Source of the DNA: Phycisphaerae bacterium
GTDB lineage: Bacteria; Planctomycetota; Phycisphaerae; Sedimentisphaerales; Anaerobacaceae
NCBI GenBank assembly: GCA_041862635.1
Contig: JBGVTO010000195.1
Coordinates: 1,523-65,522, forward strand
Direction of reading: 5' to 3'
DNA: 64,000 nucleotides
Under the pieces are notes generated by a model. That model searched no databases. It was given only the letters and a program-made list of their open reading frames with translations, and had not been told where the DNA came from. Below are positions 1 through 9,476 of the stretch, piece after piece. The first letter of the stretch is position 1, and each line of letters starts with the position of its first letter. The position numbers and the translations under genes are program-made.

Positions 1-1022
1 ACCTGCAAAGCGCCATGGAATTAAATAACAAAATACATCGATGTTTTGACGAGTCTCAAATTTATCGAATCGACCACTATCTCGGCAAGGAAACCGTTCA
101 GAATATTCTGATGCTGCGTTTTGCTAACACTATCTTTGAGCCGATATGGAATCGAAATTACATAGACAATGTGCAAATCACTATTGCTGAAACACAAGGG
201 CTTGAACACCGAGCAGGTTACTATGACACATCCGGTGCTCTTCGAGATATCTTCCAGAATCATATGCTTCAAATGCTTTCTTTGGTGGCGATGGAATCAC
301 CCATATCCTTTGAGGCAGACCATATCCGTGATGAGAAGGTCAAGCTGCTGCGGTCGATTCGAGCGTTTGATGTTGATAAGCTGGGCGATTTTTGTGTGCG
401 AGGACAATATGGGCCCGGCTCGATAAATGGTAAAAAAGTCAAAGGCTATTTGGAAGAGTCCGGAGTAAGAGCAAATTCAAAAACAGAAACCTTCGTTGCT
501 GTGAAACTGTTTATCGATAATTGGAGATGGCAGGGCGTGCCTTTTTATTTGAGAACCGGCAAGAGACTTCCGGCAAAAGACACTGAAATTGCAATCACTT
601 TCAAGAAAGTTCCATATTCGATGTTTTCTTCTGTCGGCCTTGATGAGCTGCCGCCCAATGTCCTTGTGCTGCGAATCCAGCCGGAAGAGGGAATATCGCT
701 CAGCTTTCAGGCTAAAAGACCCGGCTCAAAGATTTGCATAAGCACGCTCAATATGAATTTCAGCTACAAAAGCGTTTTCCTGGTTGACATGTCCGAGGCG
801 TACCAGAGGCTGCTTCTGGATTGCATGGTTTCTGACCAGACACTCTTTACAAGACAGGATGATGTTGAGGTTTCCTGGCGCCTATTTACGCCGATATTAC
901 AGGCCTGGGAACAGGATGAGTCGGTGCCTCATAAGTATCCTGCCGGCAGTGAGAGCTTTGCTGAAGCCGACAGACTTATCGAATCGGACGGACGAAAATG
1001 GCGAAAACTTTTGAAAAGCTAA
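1..1022 (+). CDS. zwf: glucose-6-phosphate dehydrogenase, C-terminal part (5' end upstream of window)
   Basis: Frame is open to the window edge. G6PD signature [13 protein letters not shown] lies near the start of the listed ORF, and the C-terminal pattern fits Zwf. Confidence 0.9.
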   Translation, partial: LQSAMELNNKIHRCFDESQIYRIDHYLGKETVQNILMLRFANTIFEPIWNRNYIDNVQITIAETQGLEHRAGYYDTSGALRDIFQNHMLQMLSLVAMESPISFEADHIRDEKVKLLRSIRAFDVDKLGDFCVRGQYGPGSINGKKVKGYLEESGVRANSKTETFVAVKLFIDNWRWQGVPFYLRTGKRLPAKDTEIAITFKKVPYSMFSSVGLDELPPNVLVLRIQPEEGISLSFQAKRPGSKICISTLNMNFSYKSVFLVDMSEAYQRLLLDCMVSDQTLFTRQDDVEVSWRLFTPILQAWEQDESVPHKYPAGSESFAEADRLIESDGRKWRKLLKS

Positions 1023-1062
1023 CATATTATCTGTGTTAGCAACGTAAGAAGAAATTCAAAAA

Positions 1063-1608
1063 ATGAGCAATCAGAATACACAAGAGCAAACACCCTATGA
1101 TATCTCAATCATTCGGCCCCAGATGAGCAGTGATGATTTCAAAATGAGAGGCCAGGGAATGGAATCTGCCAGATTAGAAGCTATAAGAAAAGGGCTCCTG
1201 ACATTGCATACGCTGGAGCTTATGGCAACGACCATCTACAGGTTCCAGATTACCAGAGAGATCTGCGAATTCAATCGTCAATTAATAGCCGCTATGTGTA
1301 ACGAGATGACGCACTACCAGGATTTTCAGGTTAAGCTCTACGAATATGGTTTCAAGCCCGGTATAATCAGATTAGCATACTGGTTTGTTGGCTTTGCGTT
1401 TGGCTTTACTTCTCGCCTGATGGGCAGAAAGGCAATTCTCAAAACAGGCATCTGGGTCGAGACAAAAGCCGTCCACCACTATACCGAGCTTCTTGAGACA
1501 ATCGACTGGGACGAAGAGACATGTAAGGTCATTGAAAAGGATCAGGCCGATGAAGATGGACATATCAACAGATGGAAAAAGCTTCTCGAATCAAGAATAA
1601 GTCGGTAA
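1063..1608 (+). CDS. ferritin-like di-iron protein (COQ7/demethoxyubiquinone-hydroxylase-like family)
   Basis: 181-aa helical protein with ExxH-type motifs (NEMTHY, EDGH). Family assignment is from memory only. Confidence 0.5.
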   Translation: MSNQNTQEQTPYDISIIRPQMSSDDFKMRGQGMESARLEAIRKGLLTLHTLELMATTIYRFQITREICEFNRQLIAAMCNEMTHYQDFQVKLYEYGFKPGIIRLAYWFVGFAFGFTSRLMGRKAILKTGIWVETKAVHHYTELLETIDWDEETCKVIEKDQADEDGHINRWKKLLESRISR

Positions 1609-1612
1609 AACT

Positions 1613-2425
1613 ATGGGATTTCAGACCGTATTGATAGCGTTTGGGTTAACACTATTTGCCGGCCTATCAACAGGTTTTGGCAGTGCTTTGGCATTTTTGG
1701 CCAAGCGAACTAACACTAAGTTCCTTTCTACAGCCCTCGGTTTCTCGGCAGGCGTGATGATATACGTTTCATTCGTTGAGATATTTCCCAAAGCAAAAGA
1801 CAGCCTTGTTGCCGAGTTAGGTCAGGTCGGCGGTTATTGGGCTACAGTTCTGGCTTTTTTTGGTGGGATTGTTTTTATCGGTGTTATAGACAAGCTGGTA
1901 CCCTCGTTCGAAAATCCACATGAAGCTCACAGAACAGAGGAAATGGATGAACCTGGATCTGCCGCCAGGTTCAGGAAACTATATCGAATGGGTTTATTTA
2001 CAGCACTGGCAATCGCAATACATAATTTCCCGGAAGGACTCGCTACTTTTGTAAGCGCCCTCAAAGATACGAAGCTCGGAATAGCAATAGCTGTTGCCAT
2101 AGCGATACATAACATTCCTGAAGGTGTTGCTGTCTCAATTCCCATATTCTACGCAACAAACAACAGAAAAAAGGCATTCATTTTTTCATTTCTCTCAGGT
2201 CTGTCTGAACCGGTCGGTGCGTTAATTGGCTATGCCATTCTGGTTCCATTCTTTAACGACGTAGTATTCGGTATACTCTTTGCCGCAGTGGCAGGCATAA
2301 TGGTATTTATCTCGCTCGATGAGCTCCTGCCCACCGCCAGAGAATACGGCCAGCATCATCTGGCAGCCTATGGTTTAGTCGCAGGTATGGCAGTTATGGC
2401 TTTGAGTTTGCTTTTGTTTTTGTAA
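1613..2425 (+). CDS. zupT: ZIP-family zinc transporter ZupT
   Basis: Two HN(F/I)PEG(L/V)A motifs and multiple hydrophobic TM segments. 270 aa is typical of ZupT. Confidence 0.85.
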   Translation: MGFQTVLIAFGLTLFAGLSTGFGSALAFLAKRTNTKFLSTALGFSAGVMIYVSFVEIFPKAKDSLVAELGQVGGYWATVLAFFGGIVFIGVIDKLVPSFENPHEAHRTEEMDEPGSAARFRKLYRMGLFTALAIAIHNFPEGLATFVSALKDTKLGIAIAVAIAIHNIPEGVAVSIPIFYATNNRKKAFIFSFLSGLSEPVGALIGYAILVPFFNDVVFGILFAAVAGIMVFISLDELLPTAREYGQHHLAAYGLVAGMAVMALSLLLFL

Positions 2426-2445
2426 ATAGCAGGAACATCTGGAAT

Positions 2446-3324
2446 ATGATGAGTTCAAGTCAGCGGTGCCTGGTGAATAAACGGCTGGTTATAATAAAGG
2501 ATGTGCTGGAAAAACTCTACCGCAAGTACAACCATCGTGATTTGATAAAACCGGACCCGCTGCAGTTTGTATATCGGTATGACAATCCCTCTGATATGGA
2601 GGTTGCCGCCTTCTTGGCCGCTGACCTTGCCTATGGCCGGGTAGAACAAATCCAAAAAAGCCTGACCAACCTGTTCGAGCGTATGGGTGACAGTCCGTAT
2701 GCGTTTATAAAAGGCTTTGGCAAAGCTGAGCAAAAAAGCCTAAAAGGTTTCAAACATCGTTTCACAACGGACCAGGACATCTCGGATTTACTGATGTTGT
2801 TGAAGAAAGTCCTGAATCGGTATGTCGGCATCGAGGAATTTTTTATTCAGGGCTGCAATCCACGTGATATAAATATCGTTCCGTCATTGTCGAAATTCTG
2901 CAATTCACTTCTTGATATGTATGCTGCTGAGCACAATGAAAATATAAGCCGAGGACTGAAGTATTTGTTAGTCAATCCAGCTAAGGGCAGTGCCTGCAAA
3001 CGGCTTAATCTTTTTCTGCGGTGGATGGTGCGCGATGATGATGTTGATACGGGACTGTGGAAGTCGATTGAAAAGACCAAGCTCGTTGTGCCGGTCGATG
3101 TGCATATGGGCAGGTTGTGCAAGATATTAGGGCTTTACAATCGAAAGGCGGTTTCTTTAACAACTGCAGTAAAAATAACGGAAGGCTTCGCTGAAATCGA
3201 GCCGGCCGACCCGGTCAAATATGATTTTGCATTGAGCAGAATTGGAATCGTAGAAAACTGTAACGGCAGCTTCCATCCAAATTGTGAAGCCTGCGAGTTG
3301 TTTACATTTTGCGTTGGCAGATAA
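2446..3324 (+). CDS. TIGR02757/DUF2400-family protein with C-terminal Cys4 motif
   Basis: N-terminal DPLQFVYRY...LAYGRV pattern recalled for TIGR02757. C-terminal C-X7-C-X2-C-X5-C motif. Confidence 0.55.
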   Translation: MMSSSQRCLVNKRLVIIKDVLEKLYRKYNHRDLIKPDPLQFVYRYDNPSDMEVAAFLAADLAYGRVEQIQKSLTNLFERMGDSPYAFIKGFGKAEQKSLKGFKHRFTTDQDISDLLMLLKKVLNRYVGIEEFFIQGCNPRDINIVPSLSKFCNSLLDMYAAEHNENISRGLKYLLVNPAKGSACKRLNLFLRWMVRDDDVDTGLWKSIEKTKLVVPVDVHMGRLCKILGLYNRKAVSLTTAVKITEGFAEIEPADPVKYDFALSRIGIVENCNGSFHPNCEACELFTFCVGR

Positions 3325-3349
3325 TTTGACAAGCGGATATGATACAATT

Positions 3350-3793
3350 ATGCCTGAAACTAAAGAAAAAATAAAAGTATTATTCATTTGCACCGGTAAC
3401 TCATGTCGGAGCCAAATTGCAGAGGGCTGGGCCAGGCACTTAAAGGGTAACGTCATCAATGCGTATTCCGCGGGGATTCGCCCGATAGATGTTAGTTCCA
3501 GGGCAATAAAGGTAATGGCTGAGGCGGGAGTGGACATCTCAATGCACAAATCCAAGCACATCGACGAATTTTCGGAAATCGATTTTGATTATGTAGTAAC
3601 ATTGTGCGATAATGCCGCAGAGAATTGTCCTGTATTTAGCGGCAAAGCTAAAGTTATACGCAAGCCATTTGACGACCCATATTTTGCATCCGGCAGCGAA
3701 GAAGAGATTATGGCGACCTTTAGAAAAGTGCGGGATGATATAAGAACGTTTATTGAAACGCTGCCAAATTGCCTGGAAGGCGAAAATAGTTAA
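3350..3793 (+). CDS. arsC: arsenate reductase, thioredoxin-coupled LMW-PTP type
   Basis: CTGNSCRSQ P-loop plus VVTLCDNAAENCP, matching the Cys82/Cys89 region of Bacillus-type ArsC. Start moved to the ATG at 3350 (MPETKEKIKVLFICTG). Confidence 0.8.
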   Translation: MPETKEKIKVLFICTGNSCRSQIAEGWARHLKGNVINAYSAGIRPIDVSSRAIKVMAEAGVDISMHKSKHIDEFSEIDFDYVVTLCDNAAENCPVFSGKAKVIRKPFDDPYFASGSEEEIMATFRKVRDDIRTFIETLPNCLEGENS

Positions 3794-3808
3794 GAGTTCA
3801 AACGGGAT

Positions 3809-5533
3809 ATGAATTCAGAGCAATTAGAAAAATACACTTCTGCGATAACGCTTTCGGATATGGAAATCTTCGTGTTTCCAGAACTGATGTACAGCCTGGT
3901 TTTAGCTAATATTATGAGCCCGATTATCTGGCAGTGGCGGAAGCTCGACTGTTTCAAGAAACTTGAAGGCAAGAGCAGCTACCGAAAACTGATGCGGCTC
4001 AGACAGTTTATAATGGACGAGTATGATTTTAATCTTGACCTTGAGACCTGGGGACTGACAAGCAAAGACAAAGAGCTCAAAAGGTTTGAGAAGTTTGTTT
4101 CTACCGGTGATATTGCTAAAAGCAATGCCCTGTTCGGCTATCACGGTGACAAATATTATTTTGATGTGGACATCCGCCGGCATTTCGGCCTGGATAAATA
4201 TGACAGTGACATCATCCCGTACTGGAAGACGGAAACCGTCGAGGCGATGAACGCCTTTCGCCTAAAGGAAGGTTACAAAACAGCAGCGGGTGAATGTGTA
4301 TCTCTTGCCGCCCTTTATGCCGCCGCGGCGTTTATCGTATGCGAAATACCGCTGGAAGATATTTTTATGATACTTACACCGCTTCATTCGCAAAACTTCA
4401 TCGACCTTCAGGATGGAATTCTGACCAACAACAGAAGGCTCGTTACGAAGACAATGTGGTTTAACGGCACCGCCATTTCCAATAAGGCCCAGCGGGCACT
4501 GCGCAACGAAAACATTACAATCGTGGCCCATTCATCCGGCTATGTCCATTGTTTGTATAAAGATGCAACAATAGACAAGAAACTTTATCAGGATTTTAGC
4601 AGGAAGCTGGATTCATATTTATCCGCAGAGTTATCGCTTCCTGTCTTCGCAAATTTTTTACGGTCCAATCGAAAATATCAAAAGTTTTTTCAGGTCTGCC
4701 GCGAGTGTCATGGCCAGGCACAATTCTTAAAGGCAGAGGACCTTTTCCATTATGAGCACGGCAGTAATTATAGAGTCGCCGACAAGACCTTCGATAAATT
4801 ACTTGCTGAGATTTCCGATGAAGATTTTGTCCCGTATCAACTGCCCAACAGAATCCGCTGCGACCTGCTTGAGGATTTTATAGAAAAGCAAAAGCCTGAT
4901 ATTAAAAGCATCGAGGGCAAAGCGGCATTTAGAAAGTTTGTTGAGCCGGTCATCCCTGAGGTGCAGCGGTTTGTGGATGAATTAGCCGATTTTATGCACA
5001 TTGAAGCGAAGCTGCCGCCTTCGGACAAGAATTTCCTGTCTGCTGAGCCGATAGAAATATCTGTAGAGCAAAGTAGAGAGCAGATAATCGACTATCTCGA
5101 GCATGTACGCCGAAGCAACACCACTGCTGACCTTGCCTTTTATTCGTATCGTGATATGGAAAGCTGTAGCTGGCTGCCGTTCGTCAAAGCAGCAGTGCAG
5201 CGCAACCCGGTCTCGATTCAGATGGTCAAAGCAATGTCGATAAAAGAAATATATGCGTGGCTTGAACAAATGAAAGATGATTCGATTTACGATGGCAGGC
5301 GATTGGCGCAGCCCGATGAAGTGGCGAACTACAAGACCGGGGACGGACTCGAAAAGGTGTTTCTGCTGGCTAATGTCATCCGGGAAAGGAACCCGGAGCA
5401 GGACATTGAAATAATCGCAGATAACAGCTTGGTAATCTTAAAAGTGCAGCATGAGCACAGATTCATATCCAACAAAAACCTCGAAAAGAGTATTATCATT
5501 AGTACAGATGGAAAAATTGCCATAGGCGACTGA
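3809..5533 (+). CDS. conserved hypothetical protein, 574 aa (possible transglutaminase-like Cys-His fold)
   Basis: Long ORF 15 nt after arsC. No family recognised. Carries a GECVSLAALYAAA ... TPLHSQNF pattern. Confidence 0.75.
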   Translation: MNSEQLEKYTSAITLSDMEIFVFPELMYSLVLANIMSPIIWQWRKLDCFKKLEGKSSYRKLMRLRQFIMDEYDFNLDLETWGLTSKDKELKRFEKFVSTGDIAKSNALFGYHGDKYYFDVDIRRHFGLDKYDSDIIPYWKTETVEAMNAFRLKEGYKTAAGECVSLAALYAAAAFIVCEIPLEDIFMILTPLHSQNFIDLQDGILTNNRRLVTKTMWFNGTAISNKAQRALRNENITIVAHSSGYVHCLYKDATIDKKLYQDFSRKLDSYLSAELSLPVFANFLRSNRKYQKFFQVCRECHGQAQFLKAEDLFHYEHGSNYRVADKTFDKLLAEISDEDFVPYQLPNRIRCDLLEDFIEKQKPDIKSIEGKAAFRKFVEPVIPEVQRFVDELADFMHIEAKLPPSDKNFLSAEPIEISVEQSREQIIDYLEHVRRSNTTADLAFYSYRDMESCSWLPFVKAAVQRNPVSIQMVKAMSIKEIYAWLEQMKDDSIYDGRRLAQPDEVANYKTGDGLEKVFLLANVIRERNPEQDIEIIADNSLVILKVQHEHRFISNKNLEKSIIISTDGKIAIGD

Positions 5534-5741
5534 TATGGAATTTTTTACCACTCGGCCTGAACTATTTTTTTCGTCTGAATTTGGCATAAAAATGGCGGCT
5601 CCTTCGACAAAATTGAACACTCACGAATGATTAGTCCTGTTTTTTTAAGCTTTGAAAAGAACCTAAAACCTCGATAAACATCACGAAACAGCGTTTTCCC
5701 AGGTTAAACATATAATTTTTTTAAAATATTTTGTTTTTTTG

Positions 5742-5775
5742 TTGAACCAATCTATTTATTGGACTATATTAGTCC
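5742..5775 (+). promoter_or_regulatory. sigma70-like promoter (TTGAAC-17-TATATT) with palindrome GGACTATATTAGTCC over the -10 element
   Basis: -35 at 5742-5747 and -10 at 5765-5770. The 6-3-6 palindrome at 5761-5775 sits directly upstream of the Rrf2 regulator gene. Confidence 0.55.
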
Positions 5776-5811
5776 TATATGAGGCTTGATAATTATTGAG
5801 GTAAATTGAAT

Positions 5812-6267
5812 ATGGATATTTTGAGGAGAAATACCGACTATGCTCTGCGAGCTTTGGTAAACCTGGCTGGGCACTACGGCCAGGATCCCGTATCGACAAG
5901 GGATATAGCTCGAACTGAGGATATTTCTTATGAGCTTGCCTGTAAGCTGATGCAGAAACTTCATAATGCCGGGCTGGTGAAAAGCAGTATGGGCCCAAAC
6001 GGCGGCTTTGCCTTAAGCAAAAAGCCGGACAAGATAAATTTGCTGGAAATAATAGAAGTGATTCAAGGACCCTTGAGCTTTAACAGATGTTTGTTGGAGG
6101 GGGATGTCTGTCCAAACAAGGATAACTGCGCGATAACGGTGGAGCTTGCCAAACTTCAAAAGCATATAGTCGATTATCTTCGCGATATTACGCTGGATGA
6201 GCTGTTACGAAGCCGATGTGCAAAGAAAAAAGGTAAGGCAAAGAATATTAAAAGGAGAAGAAGATGA
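5812..6267 (+). CDS. Rrf2-family transcriptional regulator (NsrR/IscR-like, three-Cys cluster site)
   Basis: N-terminal DILRRNTDYALRAL wHTH and C-terminal C-X7-C-X5-C (CLLEGDVCPNKDNC). ATG at 5812 preferred over TTG at 5806. Confidence 0.85.
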   Translation: MDILRRNTDYALRALVNLAGHYGQDPVSTRDIARTEDISYELACKLMQKLHNAGLVKSSMGPNGGFALSKKPDKINLLEIIEVIQGPLSFNRCLLEGDVCPNKDNCAITVELAKLQKHIVDYLRDITLDELLRSRCAKKKGKAKNIKRRRR

Positions 6268-6614
6268 CCTGCAAAAAGGAAAGGCCCGGTGTCCTAAAGG
6301 CCTTTGTGAGTAAGGGGCAAAGGCTGGCGGATTTGGTCGAATACTCGAATGATTCGATTGTTAGTAAGACAATACTCGATAAGTCAGCAGGAACACTTAC
6401 GCTGTTTGCCTTTGATAAGGGCCAGAAGTTAAGCGAACATACGACACCTTATGATGCCGTCGTACAGGTTCTTGATGGGCACAGTCAGTTGACCATAGAA
6501 GGCCAGGACAAGCACGTTTCAGCCGGAGAGATTATCATAATGCCAGGCAATGTGCCGCATGCAGTTACAGCCCAGGAAAGATTCAAGATGTTACTAACAA
6601 TGATTCGTGCGTAA
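6264..6614 (+). CDS. cupin-domain protein
   Basis: 116 aa with cupin-like motifs (H...GEIIIMPGNVPHAV). ATGA overlap with the Rrf2 gene stop. Confidence 0.7.
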   Translation: MTCKKERPGVLKAFVSKGQRLADLVEYSNDSIVSKTILDKSAGTLTLFAFDKGQKLSEHTTPYDAVVQVLDGHSQLTIEGQDKHVSAGEIIIMPGNVPHAVTAQERFKMLLTMIRA

Positions 6615-6652
6615 GAAGGTGTAATTTATTTCAAATATGTAAGGGCAGTAAG

Positions 6653-7369
6653 ATGTTCAGATGTCCAGGACAAGACCAGAGATTTTGGAAACCGGAAGAC
6701 ATTTTTGAAGTACAATGTCCCGGCTGCGGTGGAACAGTGGAGTTTTTCAAGGATGAGCCGAAGCTGAAATGTCGCAGATGCGGACAAATGGTGGTCAATC
6801 CGAAGATAGACCTCGGCTGCGCCGAATGGTGTCAATACGCCGAGCAGTGCCTGGGAGTTAGCGTCATAAAGAACTTGAAGATTATGCGGGAAAAGCTGAT
6901 AAGCCGGATGAAAAATGTTTTCGGCGATGACCGAAAACGGATTGAGCACGCGCTTGCTGTCCTGGATTATGCCGAGCAGATACAGAACGTCGAAGGCGGC
7001 GACCCGCTGATTGTCAGGGCGGCGGCGATTTTGCACGATATCGGAATTTACGAGGCCGAACGCAAGTACGGCTCGTCAGCTGGTGAATTTCAGGAGATTG
7101 AAGGCCCACCTATTGCCGAGGAGATTCTGAAAAGATACGACATTTCGGCTGAGGCTATCGAGCATATATGCAGGATTATCGCAAACCATCACAGCGCAAA
7201 AGACATCGATACGATTGAGCTCAGGATTGTGTGGGACGCAGACCAGCTCGTAAACCTCCTAACGGATTCCAGCTGGGCGACCAACGAGAAATTGCAGGAA
7301 ATTATTGATGAAAAATTCAAAACCGACGAAGGTCGTCGGTTGGCAGCAGAGTTGTTTGTAAAAAGTTAA
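6653..7369 (+). CDS. HD-domain phosphohydrolase with N-terminal Cys-rich zinc-ribbon region
   Basis: CPGCGG...CRRCG and CAEWCQYAEQC at the N-terminus. HD signature ILHDIG and a downstream NHH. Confidence 0.75.
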   Translation: MFRCPGQDQRFWKPEDIFEVQCPGCGGTVEFFKDEPKLKCRRCGQMVVNPKIDLGCAEWCQYAEQCLGVSVIKNLKIMREKLISRMKNVFGDDRKRIEHALAVLDYAEQIQNVEGGDPLIVRAAAILHDIGIYEAERKYGSSAGEFQEIEGPPIAEEILKRYDISAEAIEHICRIIANHHSAKDIDTIELRIVWDADQLVNLLTDSSWATNEKLQEIIDEKFKTDEGRRLAAELFVKS

Positions 7370-7406
7370 AGTAAAAAGAACAATTGGAAAAAATGAAAGG
7401 AAAATT

Positions 7407-8690
7407 ATGTTTTGTTATCAATGTGAACAAGCGGCGGGTGGTACCGGATGTACCAAAGTCGGAGTTTGTGGCAAAGACCAGGACATTCAGAGCTTGCAGG
7501 ATACGCTCATGTTCGGGCTAAAAGGGATAGCTGCTTATGCGTATCACGCGCGAGAGCTGGGGCAAAAAGATGAAGAAGTGGACGCGTTTATGCACGAAGC
7601 AATGTTTGCAACGCTAACAAATGTGGACTTTGATCTCAATCGATATCTTGAGCTGTTGCTAAAAGCCGGCGAGATGAATTTGCGCGTAATGGAGATGCTC
7701 AACAATGCCCACACATCGACCTTTGGTAAACCGACACCCGCGACAGTGCCGACCGGCACGAAGGCCGGGCCGGGAATCGTGGTTACCGGCCATGACCTGC
7801 TCGACCTCTATGAGTTATTAAAGCAGACCGAAGGCAAAGGTATTAACATTTACACTCACGGCGAAATGCTGCCTGCTCACGGTTATCCGGAGCTCAGGAA
7901 GTTCAAGCATCTTGTGGGCAACTACGGTACGGCCTGGCAGAATCAGAAAAAAGAATTCGACCAGTTCAGCGGTTCGATTTTAGTTACGACAAATTGTGTT
8001 ATGATTCCGAAGGATTCTTACAAAGACCGGACGTTTACGTGCGGAATAGCCGGCGTCTCAGGTGTTAAGCACATCAAAAACAGGGATTTCAGTGAGGTGA
8101 TTGAAAAGGCCTTGTCCCTGCCGCCGCTTGAAGAGAATCCGCAGGGCACTTTGAGCACGGGATTCCATTATACGGCTGTCCTCGGACTGGCAGAGAAGAT
8201 TATCGAAGCCGTAAAGGCAGGCAAAATTCGACACTTCTTCTTTATAGGCGGCTGTGACGGTGCCAAGCCCGGGCGCAATTACTTTACCGAGCTTGCTGAG
8301 AAGGTTCCGGATGATTGTGTGATATTGACGGCGGCCTGCGGAAAGTACCGATTGAATGCACGTGATTATGGTGACATTGATGGAATTCCCCGTCTGGTTG
8401 ATACGGGGCAATGCAATGACTGCTATTCAGCCATCAAGATTGCAACAGCACTCGCCGAGGCCTTTGATTGCGGTGTAAACGATTTACCTCTTTCACTCGT
8501 AGTCTCATGGTATGAGCAGAAGGCGGTAGCCATTCTGCTGACGCTGCTGCATTTGGGGATAAAGAACATACGGCTTGGGCCGAGTCTGCCGGCGTTTCTT
8601 AGCGAAAATGTTTTGAATGTACTCGTTGAGAAATTCGACATAAAGCCGATTGGCGACCCCGATGAAGATTTGGCCGAAATGCTGAGTTAG
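7407..8690 (+). CDS. hcp: hybrid cluster protein / hydroxylamine reductase, short (class III-like) form
   Basis: N-terminal CYQCEQ-X7-C-X5-C cluster motif. Conserved GHDL..L..LL.QTEG, THGEMLPA, NYG..WQNQ, GCDG and WYEQKAV blocks. About 115 aa shorter than class I Hcp after the first helices. Confidence 0.9.
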   Translation: MFCYQCEQAAGGTGCTKVGVCGKDQDIQSLQDTLMFGLKGIAAYAYHARELGQKDEEVDAFMHEAMFATLTNVDFDLNRYLELLLKAGEMNLRVMEMLNNAHTSTFGKPTPATVPTGTKAGPGIVVTGHDLLDLYELLKQTEGKGINIYTHGEMLPAHGYPELRKFKHLVGNYGTAWQNQKKEFDQFSGSILVTTNCVMIPKDSYKDRTFTCGIAGVSGVKHIKNRDFSEVIEKALSLPPLEENPQGTLSTGFHYTAVLGLAEKIIEAVKAGKIRHFFFIGGCDGAKPGRNYFTELAEKVPDDCVILTAACGKYRLNARDYGDIDGIPRLVDTGQCNDCYSAIKIATALAEAFDCGVNDLPLSLVVSWYEQKAVAILLTLLHLGIKNIRLGPSLPAFLSENVLNVLVEKFDIKPIGDPDEDLAEMLS

Positions 8691-8703
8691 AAGGAGTTTT
8701 AGA

Positions 8704-9459
8704 ATGGCCCTGCGAAACATTGTAAAAATAGATGAAGAAAAATGCGATGGATGCGGCCAGTGTGTGAATGCCTGTGCTGAAGGTGCTATAAAGATAATTG
8801 ACGGCAAAGCCAGGCTGGTCAGTGAGATTTATTGTGATGGCCTGGGGGCGTGCATCGGGCATTGTCCCCAGGACGCCATAACCATTGAGAAGCGCCAGGC
8901 CGCGGAATTTGATGAAGAAGCGACCAAAGCACATTTGGCTCAACAACAAGAGAGCCAAAAGCAAGCTGACTTTGTCTGCCCGGGTATGAGGATTCAAAAG
9001 CTGCGAGAAAAAGGCCGGACCACAGATTCTACCGCCCCGGTTCCATCCCAGCTTAGCCAGTGGCCGGTGCAGTTGAAGCTGGTCTCGCCATCTGCCCCCT
9101 ATTTTGACAACGCTGACTTGCTGTTGGTTGCAGATTGTGTGCCGTTCGCAATGGGTGATTTCCACAATAGGTTTTTGAAAGACAACAGTATTGCTGTGGG
9201 CTGCCCGAAACTGGATGACACCGAGTTTTACATCGAGAAGCTGGCGGCAATATTAAAAGCCAATAAACTGAACAGTTTAACGGTCATCCATATGGAAGTG
9301 CCTTGCTGCTCAGGCCTTACTCAGATTGCACGAAAAGCTATTGCCAAAAACAAAATTGAAATGAGCTTCGAAGATGTTACAATTGATTTACAGGGCAATG
9401 TCAGCCGAACTGAAACGGTAGAAACTGTTGCCCGAAGTAGAAACAGAGTTGTTAATTGA
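8704..9459 (+). CDS. 4Fe-4S dicluster domain protein
   Basis: Two CxxCxxCxxxC motifs (CDGCGQCVNAC, CDGLGACIGHC) plus a Cys-containing C-terminal domain. 13 nt downstream of hcp. Confidence 0.75.
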   Translation: MALRNIVKIDEEKCDGCGQCVNACAEGAIKIIDGKARLVSEIYCDGLGACIGHCPQDAITIEKRQAAEFDEEATKAHLAQQQESQKQADFVCPGMRIQKLREKGRTTDSTAPVPSQLSQWPVQLKLVSPSAPYFDNADLLLVADCVPFAMGDFHNRFLKDNSIAVGCPKLDDTEFYIEKLAAILKANKLNSLTVIHMEVPCCSGLTQIARKAIAKNKIEMSFEDVTIDLQGNVSRTETVETVARSRNRVVN

Positions 9460-9476
9460 GTAAGGAACAGATAACC

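Noticed and set aside
7407-8690. hcp is only 427 aa, so it could be a truncated pseudogene.
   Set aside because: The N-terminal cluster motif and all C-terminal catalytic blocks are intact and in one frame. The missing stretch of about 115 aa corresponds to the internal deletion that defines short (class III-type) Hcp proteins.
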